Shown here: positions 43,001-54,717 of the stretch, piece after piece
How the letters are laid out: the number at the start of each line of letters is the position of its first letter
How positions within the stretch are numbered: position 1 is the stretch's first letter
Assembly (NCBI GenBank): GCA_905178155.1
Contig: CAJINV010000001.1
Location: 11,381,571 to 11,445,570, forward strand
Direction of reading: 5' to 3'
DNA length: 64,000 bases
From: Amoebophrya sp. A120
Lineage: Eukaryota; Protista; Dinoflagellata
The notes under the pieces: model-generated
Told to the model about the DNA's origin: nothing
The model's database searches: none
What the model saw: the letters and a program-made list of their open reading frames with translations, nothing else
Position numbers and translations under genes: made by a program

Positions 43001-45529
43001 GGCGAACTGATGGCGGGCAGCACCCCGAGGTCCGACCAGGTGATCCGACCAGCTGCCCGCCATCAGTTCGCTATTAGGCGAACTGATGGCGGGCAGCACC
43101 CCGAGGTCCGACCAGGTGATCCGACCAGCTGCCCGCCATCAGTTCGCTATTAGGCGAACTGATGGCGGGCAGCACCCCGAGGTCCGACCAGGTGATCCGA
43201 CCAGCTGCCCGCCATCAGTTCGCTATTAGGCGAACTGATGGCGGGCAGCACCCCGAGGTCCGACCAGGTGATCCGACCAGCTGCCCGCCATCAGTTCGCT
43301 ATTAGGCGAACTGATGGCGGGCAGCACCCCGAGGTCCGACCAGGTGATCCGACCAGCTGCCCGCCATCAGTTCGCTATTAGGCGAACTGATGGCGGGCAG
43401 CACCCCGAGGTCCGACCAGGTGATCCGACCAGCTGCCCGCCATCAGTTCGCTATTAGGCGAACTGATGGCGGGCAGCACCCCGAGGTCCGACCAGGTGAT
43501 CCGACCAGCTGCCCGCCATCAGTTCGCTATTAGGCGAACTGATGGCGGGCAGCACCCCGAGGTCCGACCAGGTGATCCGACCAGCTGCCCGCCATCAGTT
43601 CGCTATTAGGCGAACTGATGGCGGGCAGCACCCCGAGGTCCGACCAGGTGATCCGACCAGCTGCCCGCCATCAGTTCGCTATTAGGCGAACTGATGGCGG
43701 GCAGCACCCCGAGGTCCGACCAGGTGATCCGACCAGCTGCCCGCCATCAGTTCGCTATTAGGCGAACTGATGGCGGGCAGCACCCCGAGGTCCGACCAGG
43801 TGATCCGACCAGCTGCCCGCCATCAGTTCGCTATTAGGCGAACTGATGGCGGGCAGCACCCCGAGGTCCGACCAGGTGATCCGACCAGCTGCCCGCCATC
43901 AGTTCGCTATTAGGCGAACTGATGGCGGGCAGCACCCCGAGGTCCGACCAGGTGATCCGACCAGCTGCCCGCCATCAGTTCGCTATTAGGCGAACTGATG
44001 GCGGGCAGCACCCCGAGGTCCGACCAGGTGATCCGACCAGCTGCCCGCCATCAGTTCGCTATTAGGCGAACTGATGGCGGGCAGCACCCCGAGGTCCGAC
44101 CAGGTGGTCCGACCAGCTGCCCGCCATCAGTTCGCTATTAGGCGAACTGATCCGAACTGATCCGACAGGCTGGTCCGACCGGCGACCAGCTCCCCGCCAT
44201 CAGTTCGTCATATGACGAACTCATGGCGGGGACCTGGTCGGACCCGACCTCGATTCTGATGATGCGATCTCGATCTGACCTCATAAAGATAAAAGCGAGA
44301 AGACATGATAAGCAGCTACATCGTACCTGCGAGCGGACTGAAGTCGGTGACTACTTCGTCGAGACTGTATCTGTGCGCAGCTGCGAGCTCGATCGAGTTT
44401 CTACCCAACGCAACAGGGTCGTTTGCCACAGGGGCCGTGGGCCTTTCGCGTTCCGAGAGTTGAATCCCGTCAAGAGCAGTTATTGATGGCGTGTCCGGGT
44501 TGCCAGCTTCTATTTTCACCACCGCCGCGGTGGTCTCTACCGCGGGCGGACTCCTGCAAAGCTCGTCCACAGCGTTTTCTAAATTTTCTGCTTTCATTTT
44601 CTCGCATTCCACGCACTCGCCGGGTTTCCTTGTTCCGATGGCAGTGACAACCGGCGACGCATCCAGGTCGTTCCACTCCACGTAATCCTGCAGTGTTACC
44701 CCAGGTGGTACCAGCGCTTTCCCGCACTGCACGACAACTCCGGCTTCAGGCAAACACTCCGTCTTGCCCGCCAGATTGTTTGTATCGTTGTAGCGCTTCT
44801 CGTAGGCAGGATGCGCACTGAGAACGCAATCGACGAACTTCGCAGTACCCTCATCTCCGGCCTGTTTTCAAAAAGATTGAACGGTCATGCGGCATGTTAT
44901 GCCCTTTGATGGTCTCTAGTAAAGACAAGGAGAACCCGGTCCGAATGGTAGACAGCTCCAGCGAGAGGACCGAGGAACATCGATCTTTCTCGTAACGTTC
45001 ATCAGTTGTCTCGAACAAGAGGTGACTACTTTAAAAGTAACAGTACCTTTTTCCATCCTTTCGGCAGTGACGTGTCTTCGTTGCACAAGTTCTCCCCTGT
45101 CGATAGCATGCAGCACTCTTTCGCTGGCGAACACGCGTCGAGATAGCCCTCGGCGGCTGGCAACGCAACCAAACCCAGGGTCGCCGTCAACGCCGTTACC
45201 ACAGCCATAAACACGAAGATGCATAGGTTGCAGCAGCAGAACAGGCCAAGGCAACCGCGTCCGTACTGCGTTGCCCCACACCTGCCGAGAAGAAAGAGGA
45301 GCAAGAAACTACAAATGGTGCACGCGAACGAGCCAACGAAGTCCTTCGCTTCGGGCACCCAGCTCGGCGTCGACTGTCCGAAGAGCATAAACTCGCCGTT
45401 CCCGAGCGTAATTCCGCCGAGGATTACAGCGTAGAAGATCCATCCCCAAGCAAAGAACAACACCAGCCGCTGGTAGGTCTTCAGACACGGAGTTGGATAG
45501 AAAGCAGCGAATACACGAACCTCCGGCAT
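40008..45529 (-). CDS. Four-transmembrane (tetraspanin-like topology) protein, ~772 aa, 4 exons
   Basis: Exons 45047-45529, 44327-44861, 41036-41490 and 40008-40853 join through phase-compatible GT-AG introns. Three N-terminal TM segments, a long Cys-containing loop and one C-terminal TM segment. The ORFs at 41030 and 40008 have no ATG start of their own. Confidence 0.7.
41602..44243. mobile_element. Foldback-like element: 51-bp palindromic TIRs enclosing a 76-bp hairpin tandem array, inside intron 41491-44326
   Basis: 41602-41652 is the reverse complement of 44193-44243 with 2 mismatches. Each end contains the palindrome ...agttcgtcatatgacgaact.... Confidence 0.7.
41753..44151. repeat. Tandem array of 76-bp units (31 full + 1 partial), each with a perfect 20-bp stem and 6-nt loop
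   Basis: Unit ccgacca-gctgcccgccatcagttcgc-tattag-gcgaactgatggcgggcagc-accccgaggtccgaccaggtgat. Period confirmed: 42361 to 43501 = 15 x 76. Confidence 0.98.
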
Positions 45530-46108
45530 CTTGCTGTGCTTTTATTCAAATGGAAATGTGCAATTGCGAAGGTGAATACTTCTTCGCACTACGTACGGAT
45601 ACAGTCGTGCGTGGATTTCTCCTTCAACACTCTGATCAACATGATCGTCAGGGTCGCGATCTTGGTGTGCGAGTCCGTGTGCGATAGTTTCATGATCCAA
45701 ATAAAACTACTAAACCAGGACTAGCATCAGACTAGTGTGTGATCCGATAGTCGACAGCAGAGACGAACAAAAAACTGGTAAGAACAAGGAGTCTGTGTGG
45801 TCATTCGCATCGGTGAAAACAAGGGAACGCTCATCGACGGCATCGTCGTCTTTTTTCGAGAGAGGGCTGAACGAATAGAGTCGGTGTGTGATAAAGGAAC
45901 ACAAAGGCTACGGGCAAGTCGCTTTTTTCAATTCTCAGGTGCGGCTATTGAGTTATTGGCGTCCTGAATTTTTTCAACTGCGAATGAATGAGAAATTGAA
46001 AGCCAACAACTCCTCTTGTCGTGAATCATCGTACAGTTTACAAGGAACAACTGCGAGCCTAATGCTAATCCGTGTTCATTTACATATTTCTTGCGATCTT
46101 TCGAAACT

Positions 46109-49100
46109 TTAGGATTGAACCGCCTCCGCACTGCAGTCCGCAAATTGCTGCTCAACAGTAGAAAACGCTCGAGCATACTGGCGAAAGGTAATTGCGTTGC
46201 CGCCACTTTGCGTTACCGCATCGTCGTCTTGCTGAAGCTCCAATGCCGTGCTCGCCCGGCAAATCGTAATTTTTGGTTTCTTTGCAACTAGCGCGGCTGC
46301 AGCACCTGCTCCTTTGTCTACTGGCAGCTCCCCAACTCCACCAGCACTTCGCGCGCAGACAGTACTTCTTTTGTCAACTTCCTCACGACAAGCAGTGTGG
46401 TAGAAGCGAAAGATTTCGTCCAGTTCGACGTCGCTAATTCGATCGAAACCGTTTAAGCCCGTCGCCCGCTTGTGCTGCCGGTTGATAGCAGCGGAGGGTG
46501 CGAGGGAGTACCGCAGAGAGGCCCGCGTGATCAACCCGTCATTCGCACACGAGGCGAATCGTGGAAAAATGTCCGCTAGCAGTCGCGCTCCCGTTTCCAC
46601 ATCGCCAGCCCGTCGAGACGCTGAGCGGCCCAAAGGGAGGAGCCAGGCGGCAGCAAGGAGATCGCGGTAGGTAAGACTTTCCGACCCTTGTGAGCCGAGC
46701 GCTGCCGCGAGCCGCATACCGTCTTCGCGCGAAACGGAGAATGGTGCGGAAACGGGTGGTGCTTGGTCCGGGCAATCCGCATTTTCCTCTGGCCTTTCTG
46801 CAAACCTGGTTTGTGGAGCGAAAAAAGATCGAAAGAAAGAACAAAGCGTTCCCCGTCGATAAAGTACTGCTAGTGGTAGCGAATCAGCTCATACATCCCT
46901 AGATTCGAAGAAAGACCACACTTTTGTTCGGCTCCTACAATAACCTTACCCCTGCGCTGCGGCGAGCAATTCCATCCGGTTCACCAATCCGTCGCCATTG
47001 CGATCCATAAGCGAGAAGATGGTGCGAAATTCGTCTGAAATATGAGGCTCGTCGAGCTCCTTGGCCATGAGCCGCAGCGTGGCCTGTGTGAGGCGGTCCA
47101 ACCTTGCGAAGAGAAACAACCCGCGAAAAAGTTGCTCGATCAGGTCGCCGGAGCGCCTGGTTTGGTGCTTCACTGCCGCGACATTATTCGTGACAAACGG
47201 ATAGCTGATTGCCTGTCGGGCGGCAAGCCGCCTCCTGGGATCCTTTTCCAACAGTTTTGCACAGAAGTGCTTCGCGTCTCGTGCACTGTCCTGTCGCAAT
47301 CTTCGCTGCTTGTCTTCGTCTCTATTCGGGTCCACTGCGGCGTTCGTGGGCTTGTTGTGCTTAACGACAGCTGCTGCATTCATGCACGCAGAAAGGAACC
47401 TCCGCCAGTCGGGGTCCGTGCTGACGATCCGGCCGCGGCAGGACTTGTAATCGTCGCGGCCGGGTTCGAAAAAAGGGTGCACGCCGGTGAGCATGACGAA
47501 CAACAGCACCCCAATGGCGAAGACATCACTTTGTGCGCTGTACTTGCAGGACGTGTGGATTTCTGGGGCCATGTAGTGACAGGTCCCGCAGCGCATGCGG
47601 CTGTCAATGCGGTCAAGAAAGTCCGCTAGGCCGAAGTCGATGATTTTCAGGACGCCGTTGGACAGGAGAATGTTCTCCGGTTTGATGTCCCGGTGGAGAA
47701 GGTTTCGCGAGTGGCAATACGCAAGCGCAGAAAGGATTTGCTTCGTGTAGTTGGCGGCCCGCTCGAGGGAAAAACACGGCGGACACCTACCTGGAGGTTC
47801 GGGTTGTTGGTGTAGGTCTACAGTCAGCCCACCGCCATTGGTCCGCGTGTTGTTCAAGACCCCACGGGTCAACCGATCCGCTTTCGAATTCCCTTTACCA
47901 CTGCCGCCCGACGACGTGGCCACGTACACTGCGGTTTTTATCGCATCGTCCAGAGTTCCCTGCTCGCAAAATTCCAGCAGCAAGAAAATGCTCGCCCTCT
48001 CGAAGTAGCAGCGATACAAGCGACAAACATGCGGATGATCCAGGCTCTTCATGGTTTCTATCTCGGTATGAATGAGATCGCGGTCGGCTTTGTTTTCGAT
48101 TTTCACCTGTTTGCACGCGCGGCGAAACTTGGACTTCTTGCTCCGGACTAATTTCACACTCCCGAAGGCTCCCTTGCCGATGTCAGCACTGCGGGCTGCG
48201 GTTGATGAGGCGCGCCCGGCCTTCTTCGTTCCTGCGGGTTCTGGCTTGCTGCAGAGCTCAAAGTCGTGGTAGACCTGGCCTGCTTCGTCGTAAGAGGGGA
48301 TCACGACCTCAGAATTGATACAGACGGATTTTCGCCGCAGGGCTGGGTCGGAGACGCTTCGCCGAAATTTCGGGAGGCCGAGAGTGACGATTTTGCTGCG
48401 CTGCGGCTGTTGACGGATAGGCTGTTCGAGAAGTCCTTGTTGAAAAGGTGGAGCTACTGTTGATATTTTCACACTGGGCACTGTCCGAGCATGCTCGTCG
48501 TCTGCGGCACAGAACTCTTCTACTGATTGCAGGAGCTTATGTTCGTCTTCTCGAACCGGTGTCGATGGCTCAGAATTCCTACTCCCCTCTTCAGAAATAG
48601 GTGCGAATTGCACCACTTGCTTCGTGACCCGCGCTTCACAGGATGAACTGCGACCCTTACTTGTCATGTTCTTACTTGCGCGCGCGACGATGGGAGGCGG
48701 GAGTATCACCTCGTTTGTAGCTGCTGCTTCCTTGTTCTGCTCTGATTTCCTGAAATGATCTTCTTGAACTTGTAAAGCCAGGTTTGGCGGAGCTTTTGCT
48801 TTCAGTTTTTCCGCGCGTGTGGCGGTCCTCTCGCGTCGCTTTCCACCTTCTTCAGCCCGTACCTCGTCTTCCTCTTGCAATCCCGCTAATGGTTCTTCAA
48901 CCTTGATATCCGTATCGCTCGGCTTTGTCCTCTGAGAACCCTTTTTATCGCTCGCAGAGGTTTTTTCGTTGGAATCTTCTCGCGGCGTAATGGTACTGTC
49001 TGCAATCTTTGCGTTTGGAGACGTGCATTTTTGAATCCCCTCGGAGGTGGTCTTTGGTTTACTACCACCCTCTGCAGCACCGGCTTGACCTTGCGCACCC

Positions 49101-50011
49101 GCACTGTTTTTGTTCGAACTACTTCCTTTCCCGCTGATTTGCTTTTGTTGGCCGCCACGCATGGCGAATTTCAGGAACTGCCTGGCGATCTCCGGAAGAT
49201 CCTTCTTTGCGCAAACCCAGGGCTGCTGCTGTCCATCGTTTTTTTCGCTCACAGGTGTTCGCGACGACTTCTTCGCCCGGTGTGCAGCAAAGTTGGTGAA
49301 GGAATCTTGATACCAGGTGTCGCGCGGTCGTCGGCCCTGCAGTCGGCGATCGGCGCCATCTACGTGAAAAAAAATGTACTCGAGCGCCACTTTGCACTGC
49401 TCGTATCCGAGCCGTCCCGTCCCTGCTGGGTCAACGAAGGGCAGCACTTGTGTGGCAAGCTGCAAAACTTTTTTCGTGCAATCTGCGTCGTTGGGCGAGG
49501 GAACAAGGGAGTTGTTTTTATTTGTCGGAGCCAATAAAGGAGCCCCCTGGGCCTGCTGTTGTGTTGGTTTTTGGAAGTTCTTGCCGCCTACCAGCCTTCG
49601 CTGAAGCTCTTGCTTCTTCGCCACGTTGGCATTCTGTTTGGTTATCTTGATGTTCGCACCACCAGCACCACCGGCTGTCCGAGGCTGCTGCCCGGGTAGC
49701 AATTGTTTCTCTGCACATTCATCTCGCGCGGACAGAGGAGTGTGTCCACTGGACGAGGACGACAGCTGTCCGCTGCCCGATCGAGCCGATGTGGACCCCG
49801 ACGACGTGACCCCACCGGCGGTCGTGGGGGTGGTCGCGCCGCCAGAAGCTGAAGACTTCGTAGGAGCGATTCCGCCGCCTGGCGCATGTGCGGCGGGCTT
49901 CTCAAGAAGCTTCTCTTTCGTAGCCGCCGGCCTCTGCACGCCAGCAGCCAGGTCCTCGCGTCGCGGTGGGCCGAACCGGAGCTGCGGTCGAGTCGCTGTG
50001 GTAGCAACCAT
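46109..50011 (-). CDS. Calcium-dependent protein kinase-like (kinase + EF-hands), 2 exons
   Basis: IGKGAFGSV, ACK, HRDIKPEN, DFG and APE motifs; EF-hand DRNGDGLVNRMEL. GT-AG intron ~46806-46949 joins to a degenerate EF-hand exon (LTYRDLLAAA). Confidence 0.88.
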
Positions 50012-50456
50012 CTTGTTGAGATGGACAGTTGGTGATTTACCGAACCTGGTTTGTTTTCTCTGTCTACTTCTGCTCCGGTGATGCGCGGCCCCCTATTTTG
50101 CGAAAAACACAGACAGACTCTCTCGGCGGAATTTGAATTTTCGCAAAACCATGCTCCTCATGTCCTCTAGTTCGCAAACAGCACGGCGATTGCAGCTCAA
50201 TTATTGAGTAGTCAGGTCCGCACTGACTCTTTCTCACTGTCTCTTGTGACTTTTCGCTCTGCTCTTCTGTTGTTGAACATCTAGGATGCAAAAGGTGGCA
50301 AGCGCAAGCAGAAGCACCAATACGACATGTCCTCATAAGCAGCATTTCAGTAAATTCGGAGTATGGAGCGTTAGGAAAACAGCTATTCATACCTCCAGAC
50401 GAGGTCAGTACAATCCACATGTGCTCTGAGTTTCGTGTCTTTTTGATGCATCCTTT

Positions 50457-51407
50457 TTAAAACTTTCCAAATTTCTCTTCCAGCAAATCCTTCGCTGCGT
50501 TGATCTGTTGCATTTTTCGCTCGCTGTCCGCGTCCGCACACCGATCCGGGTGCAACTTCCAGAGCGCATCTCGCCATCGCGCCTTCATCTCGTCCTTGTC
50601 CACACACGACGGCTTCAAGTCTAAGCACCGTAACGCAAAAGTCACGGCTTTGTCCGAAGGGCCTGTCGGTAGTTCCGGAGGTTCGTAGTAGTGGCTGTTC
50701 GCACCCGCGGCGCCTGGTCCAGAAGTTTCGTTTCGACTCGACGCGGTTCTTTGGCTGCGCTTCTTCTTCGTAGTCCCGTTCGCCGATTTGCCGCGTGTCT
50801 CCAAGTCCAACCCTTTTGTCAAGTGCCTGTGGCGAATGTCCTCCCAGCTGGCATCGTACGCGATTTTCCACTGCTTGCAGACGTCCGCGAAGACTTCATC
50901 CGTCAGAAGGTGCTCCTCCGCTCGCAAGTCGCGCAATGCCGGAAAACCTTCCCTCTCCGGGAGCAAGTCCGGCAACTCCCGCGTTTTCATCAGCATCCTC
51001 GTTCGGGAAACCTGGTACGGATCGAACGTGGGGAATGCCAGCGTCAAGAGTTTCCCCAGCGTGTCCGCATCTCGCCAGCCAACGTGCCACTTTTTTAGCG
51101 CGCCTGCACCTTGGCCGTGCTCGGCGGGTGCTCTGGACGTGCTGCCCGTTGCAGTGCTGCCGTCGCGGTCATCTCCAGCACTGGAAGACGAAGCGAAACG
51201 CCGTCGGCTAAAGTTGCACAGAAAGACGATGCAAGCGCCGTACGAAGACGCGTTATCTGTGATGGACGAGAGCGAGGATCTTCCTGCCGTCGGGGTGATG
51301 TCTCGTGGTCTGTGCCGTCGCAAAGCGGACACCGTCCGCCTCAGACCTGGTGGCAGAGCAACCGCTGCGCCGCCCTTGGCGTTGATACATCTTGTCGCGC
51401 TCCACAT
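50457..51407 (-). CDS. DnaJ-domain protein (C-terminal J domain), possible mitochondrial presequence
   Basis: EMKARWRDALWKLHPDR...MQQINAAKDLL contains the HPD motif; Arg/Ser-rich N-terminus. Confidence 0.85.
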   Translation of the reverse strand: MWSATRCINAKGGAAVALPPGLRRTVSALRRHRPRDITPTAGRSSLSSITDNASSYGACIVFLCNFSRRRFASSSSAGDDRDGSTATGSTSRAPAEHGQGAGALKKWHVGWRDADTLGKLLTLAFPTFDPYQVSRTRMLMKTRELPDLLPEREGFPALRDLRAEEHLLTDEVFADVCKQWKIAYDASWEDIRHRHLTKGLDLETRGKSANGTTKKKRSQRTASSRNETSGPGAAGANSHYYEPPELPTGPSDKAVTFALRCLDLKPSCVDKDEMKARWRDALWKLHPDRCADADSERKMQQINAAKDLLEEKFGKF

Positions 51408-51863
51408 TCATTGCAGGCATATGCTGCACTGTGCGAGAGCGTTTCATCATTCGTCGGCAGAACAAACTACAGTGTTATGATCGGTTCCACAAATCACAAC
51501 ACAACACATTGAAACTCACCTCTTTGGACCAAAGACACACAGGGAGCGCGAGTCTTTGCTACTCTGTCGTGCCTGCAGCAGCCAGGGACAGAATTCCTCA
51601 CCACATTGCCGTCACGTCATGAACAAACACATTCATCGCCTTCCTGAAACTTGATTTTGTCCGTTTCAAGATTTTTGAATCTGGATCTGCTTTGTTTACA
51701 CATGAGCCTGACGCAGCAGTAGTGATTGCGGCTACAAATCCCTGCTTCATCGAGATGAATCAGAGACAGAGCAGATGATTTTGAAACGTGAAACGGAAAC
51801 GCGATTGATAAATGTTCGTATCTTACACCACACAAACACAATGAAAGTCACATACAACGATAT

Positions 51864-54239
51864 TTATCTCCCTTCCTCCAACGGCGTCAGATCGGCTTGA
51901 AACCCCCGCTCCTTCGCCGTTTCCAGGAAAGCCTGTAGTTCCTCCGGTGAGGGCATTGCCGGCGCGCACCCAACACGTGTGACCACGATCGCGGCCGCTG
52001 CGGAGGCACGACGCAACGCTTCCTTAATCTCGACCTCTTCGTCCACTAGGTGCGCCAGCAGGTTTCCCATGAAGGCGTCGCCCGCCCCGGTCGGCTTTAA
52101 CGGCGAGACTTCGAACACACCGATCTTCAACTCGTCGACTACTTCCTTCTCCAGATCAACAGAAAGTGGCGGTACTGCGGCCGGTGCACTTGGTTGTACC
52201 AACCCAGCTCCTGAGTCCCCAGCCGCTCCCGCTTGGATTTTTTGCGCGAGGAGTTCTTCAGGCTGCAGACCTTTTGGGTTGTTGCAGGCAGACGAGGCAC
52301 TGGTGATTTTCCTGTTGTTCACAAACGACACCGAACCGTCCTGGCCCATCTTGAACACAGTCATCAGGCAGGCGCCACTGGAAACAAGAAGTTTAGCGAA
52401 TCGCATCCCCCGGCCGTACTCGGCGCTGCCCTCCTTCACCTCCGCAACACCCCCGTGGACGACGTTGGCGGTCGTCGGAGAGTTTGTGGTCGAAGTGGTT
52501 TCCGGTGGGCCGGCTACAACAGCGAACTCGGCCTCGTTCCCCACCACGATGTCGCACAAGCAGGCTGCCTTCCGGTAAACCTGACTGGCTTCGGCGGCAG
52601 ACTTCCATGTGTACGGGCGATAGTCCACGTCGAGAACGGCGGGGATACCGCGGGCCTTGGCAAGCCGCAAAGCGGTCAGGGTCGCGGAGCGGCTCGGTTC
52701 CAGAGCGAGGCTGGTGCCGGTAGCTGGTCATTTTGCAATTCTTTGAAGACTTTAATGATGATGATGATTTAGTGCCTGAGCATACATTCTCAAAAAAGGG
52801 AATCCTGTATGTGTTCTTTCTACGACTACACGATACCTAAACCAAAACAACAACGAACATAAACGCGAAGATTCAATCACATCGCCTGCAAGTAGACTTA
52901 GCACGAACAAGTAAGATGCGGTGGCAGAGGTGCTCCAAAAAACAAGACAGAGCAGAACAATTTGGAGACGGGAACAAGATGCCACCGAAGGCCTCAATCA
53001 ACGACTCTTGAAACGAATCAGAGAACGGAGCCCATGTGTGTCTGTGGCGCTAGCGACGCGAGCGCGCCGTGTTGAGAAAGGACACTACCTCTGGGGCGGC
53101 CAGCGGCTGTGCCGCAGCGGCGGGCAGCCCTGGGCGCCGCCCAGGCGAGGGCGCCAATGGAAGCCAAGAACCACGCGCGGTGCTGCTGCTCGTGGCCACA
53201 CGACGCGCGTGCGCGGCAGTTCCGGAAAATGATGAAGCGCGCTCACTTTGCTCCAACACACATGGCGAAGCGCGCTCACCATGCGCGACCACACGATGCC
53301 GCCGCCGCCCGGCAAATTGCAGGGCGCCAGCCATGTATCTAGGGCGCCGCCCGAGCCAGGGCAGCGGAAGCAGGGGGGTCGGGATTTCCCCCCTCCAGAT
53401 TGGCGCCCCGCCGGCGCAGGTGGCGGGCACTTATGCCAAGACGAGCGCGCCGCCGGCTCCTTCTTGTATGTCCCTTTTGCTGTCGCGTTGCAGGCCGATG
53501 TCCCGCGCGGACCCGACTGGGGGAGGGCATGATGCAAAATAGCACGCATCTGCGCAGGGCCTTCGCTGCCTGCGCGCGGCGCGCCATCTGCGGGCGCCGC
53601 GCGGCGTACGTAGGGCGGTTGGCGAGGCTGGGGCCCCTGCCGCTGCTACTATAGCTGCACAGTACGCCAGCCCGCCGTCCAGAGACGCGCCCGCGCATGT
53701 AGTGGGCAGCGAAGGCCCTGGCACTCATCAGAGGAAAAGACGCCAACGATAATTGAAGCGATCGCACCAACGAGGCAGCCCCACTTAGACGGCTCGAGTT
53801 CCGTCGCTGTCGAAAACGCCTCCCACACGTGCTCGCTGCTGATCAATAAATCCGCCGCGTGGTTCCGGTAGATGATGCTCTGGTGGTCCGTGCCCAATGT
53901 CGTTTCCACCACTGCCAAGCTGATGCGCGCATCTCGGTCCCCGGTTGCTACGTTTACGCACTCCGCGTTTACCCCGTACGCACGCAGTTGATGCAGCGCA
54001 AGCCTACCCAACGCGTCATCCGAAACCGTGGTCAACAAGCAACACTCGATCCCCGGACGCCGCTCGCGGTGCTTCGCCAAGGCCACTGCGATGTTGGCCG
54101 CCGATCCGCCAAGGTGTGCGACGAAATTGGTCGAGTGCTCGGTCTTCGATCCCGGCGGGTCTGGGTAAAAGTCAACGCCAGCGCGCCCGAGAATTAGGAA
54201 CCGGGTGTTATCGGCGAGCTTGGAGCGCAAGAGGTCCAT
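51864..54239 (-). CDS. iolC: 5-dehydro-2-deoxygluconokinase (PfkB family), 2 exons
   Basis: ILGRAGVDFYPDPPG, LGGSAANIAVAL, ATGTSLA, VLDVDYRPYTW, VGNEAEF, KPTGAGDAF and VGCAPAMP are IolC-type motifs. GT-AG intron 52724-53767 joins CLV/ATGTSL in frame. Confidence 0.88.
53040..53720. mobile_element. GC-rich non-coding insert inside the iolC intron (putative non-autonomous element)
   Basis: Sharp rise in GC/CpG relative to flanking intron sequence; intron is 1044 bp versus ~120-330 bp for most introns here. Only weak inverted similarity between the ends. Confidence 0.4.
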
Positions 54240-54717
54240 TCTTAGTAGAAGCAAACCTCTGATCACCTCACACTCGCCAGCTTCGAAAAATTTCCTTTTG
54301 CAGCATTAAAGCACTCGCTCATGGGCTTTTGTAGATTTTCATTTCTTCCATCCGTGCGTGCTACATCATGGCTGGATTGCAAATTATCACTCTTTTGTTC
54401 TCAACTCTTGATATTTTGGTTTCCTTCAAACGTGGTTTCTCTCTTCTCGCACAGGCTGTCGCAAGTATTCCCACAGCAACTGCTGTCTCGCTCGTGAACC
54501 GGTACGCTTCTAGCACAAGCAACCCCGTCGTTTCTGTTTTGGCGAAGTAGAGTGAACACGTAAACTTATTCTGTATCTTCTCCTGAAAGCGCCTGTTTGA
54601 ATCGATATGTGTTTTCGTGGTGATTGAAGTCGTTCACAAAATATGTCGCTACAAACTAGGCAAAAGTGTCGCAAAGGTCATTGTCTCAACCACGCTTCCT
54701 CGTGTTCACTTCTCTAT

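Noticed and set aside
41753-44151. CRISPR array
   Set aside because: The units are essentially identical with no unique spacers, there are no cas genes and the context is eukaryotic.
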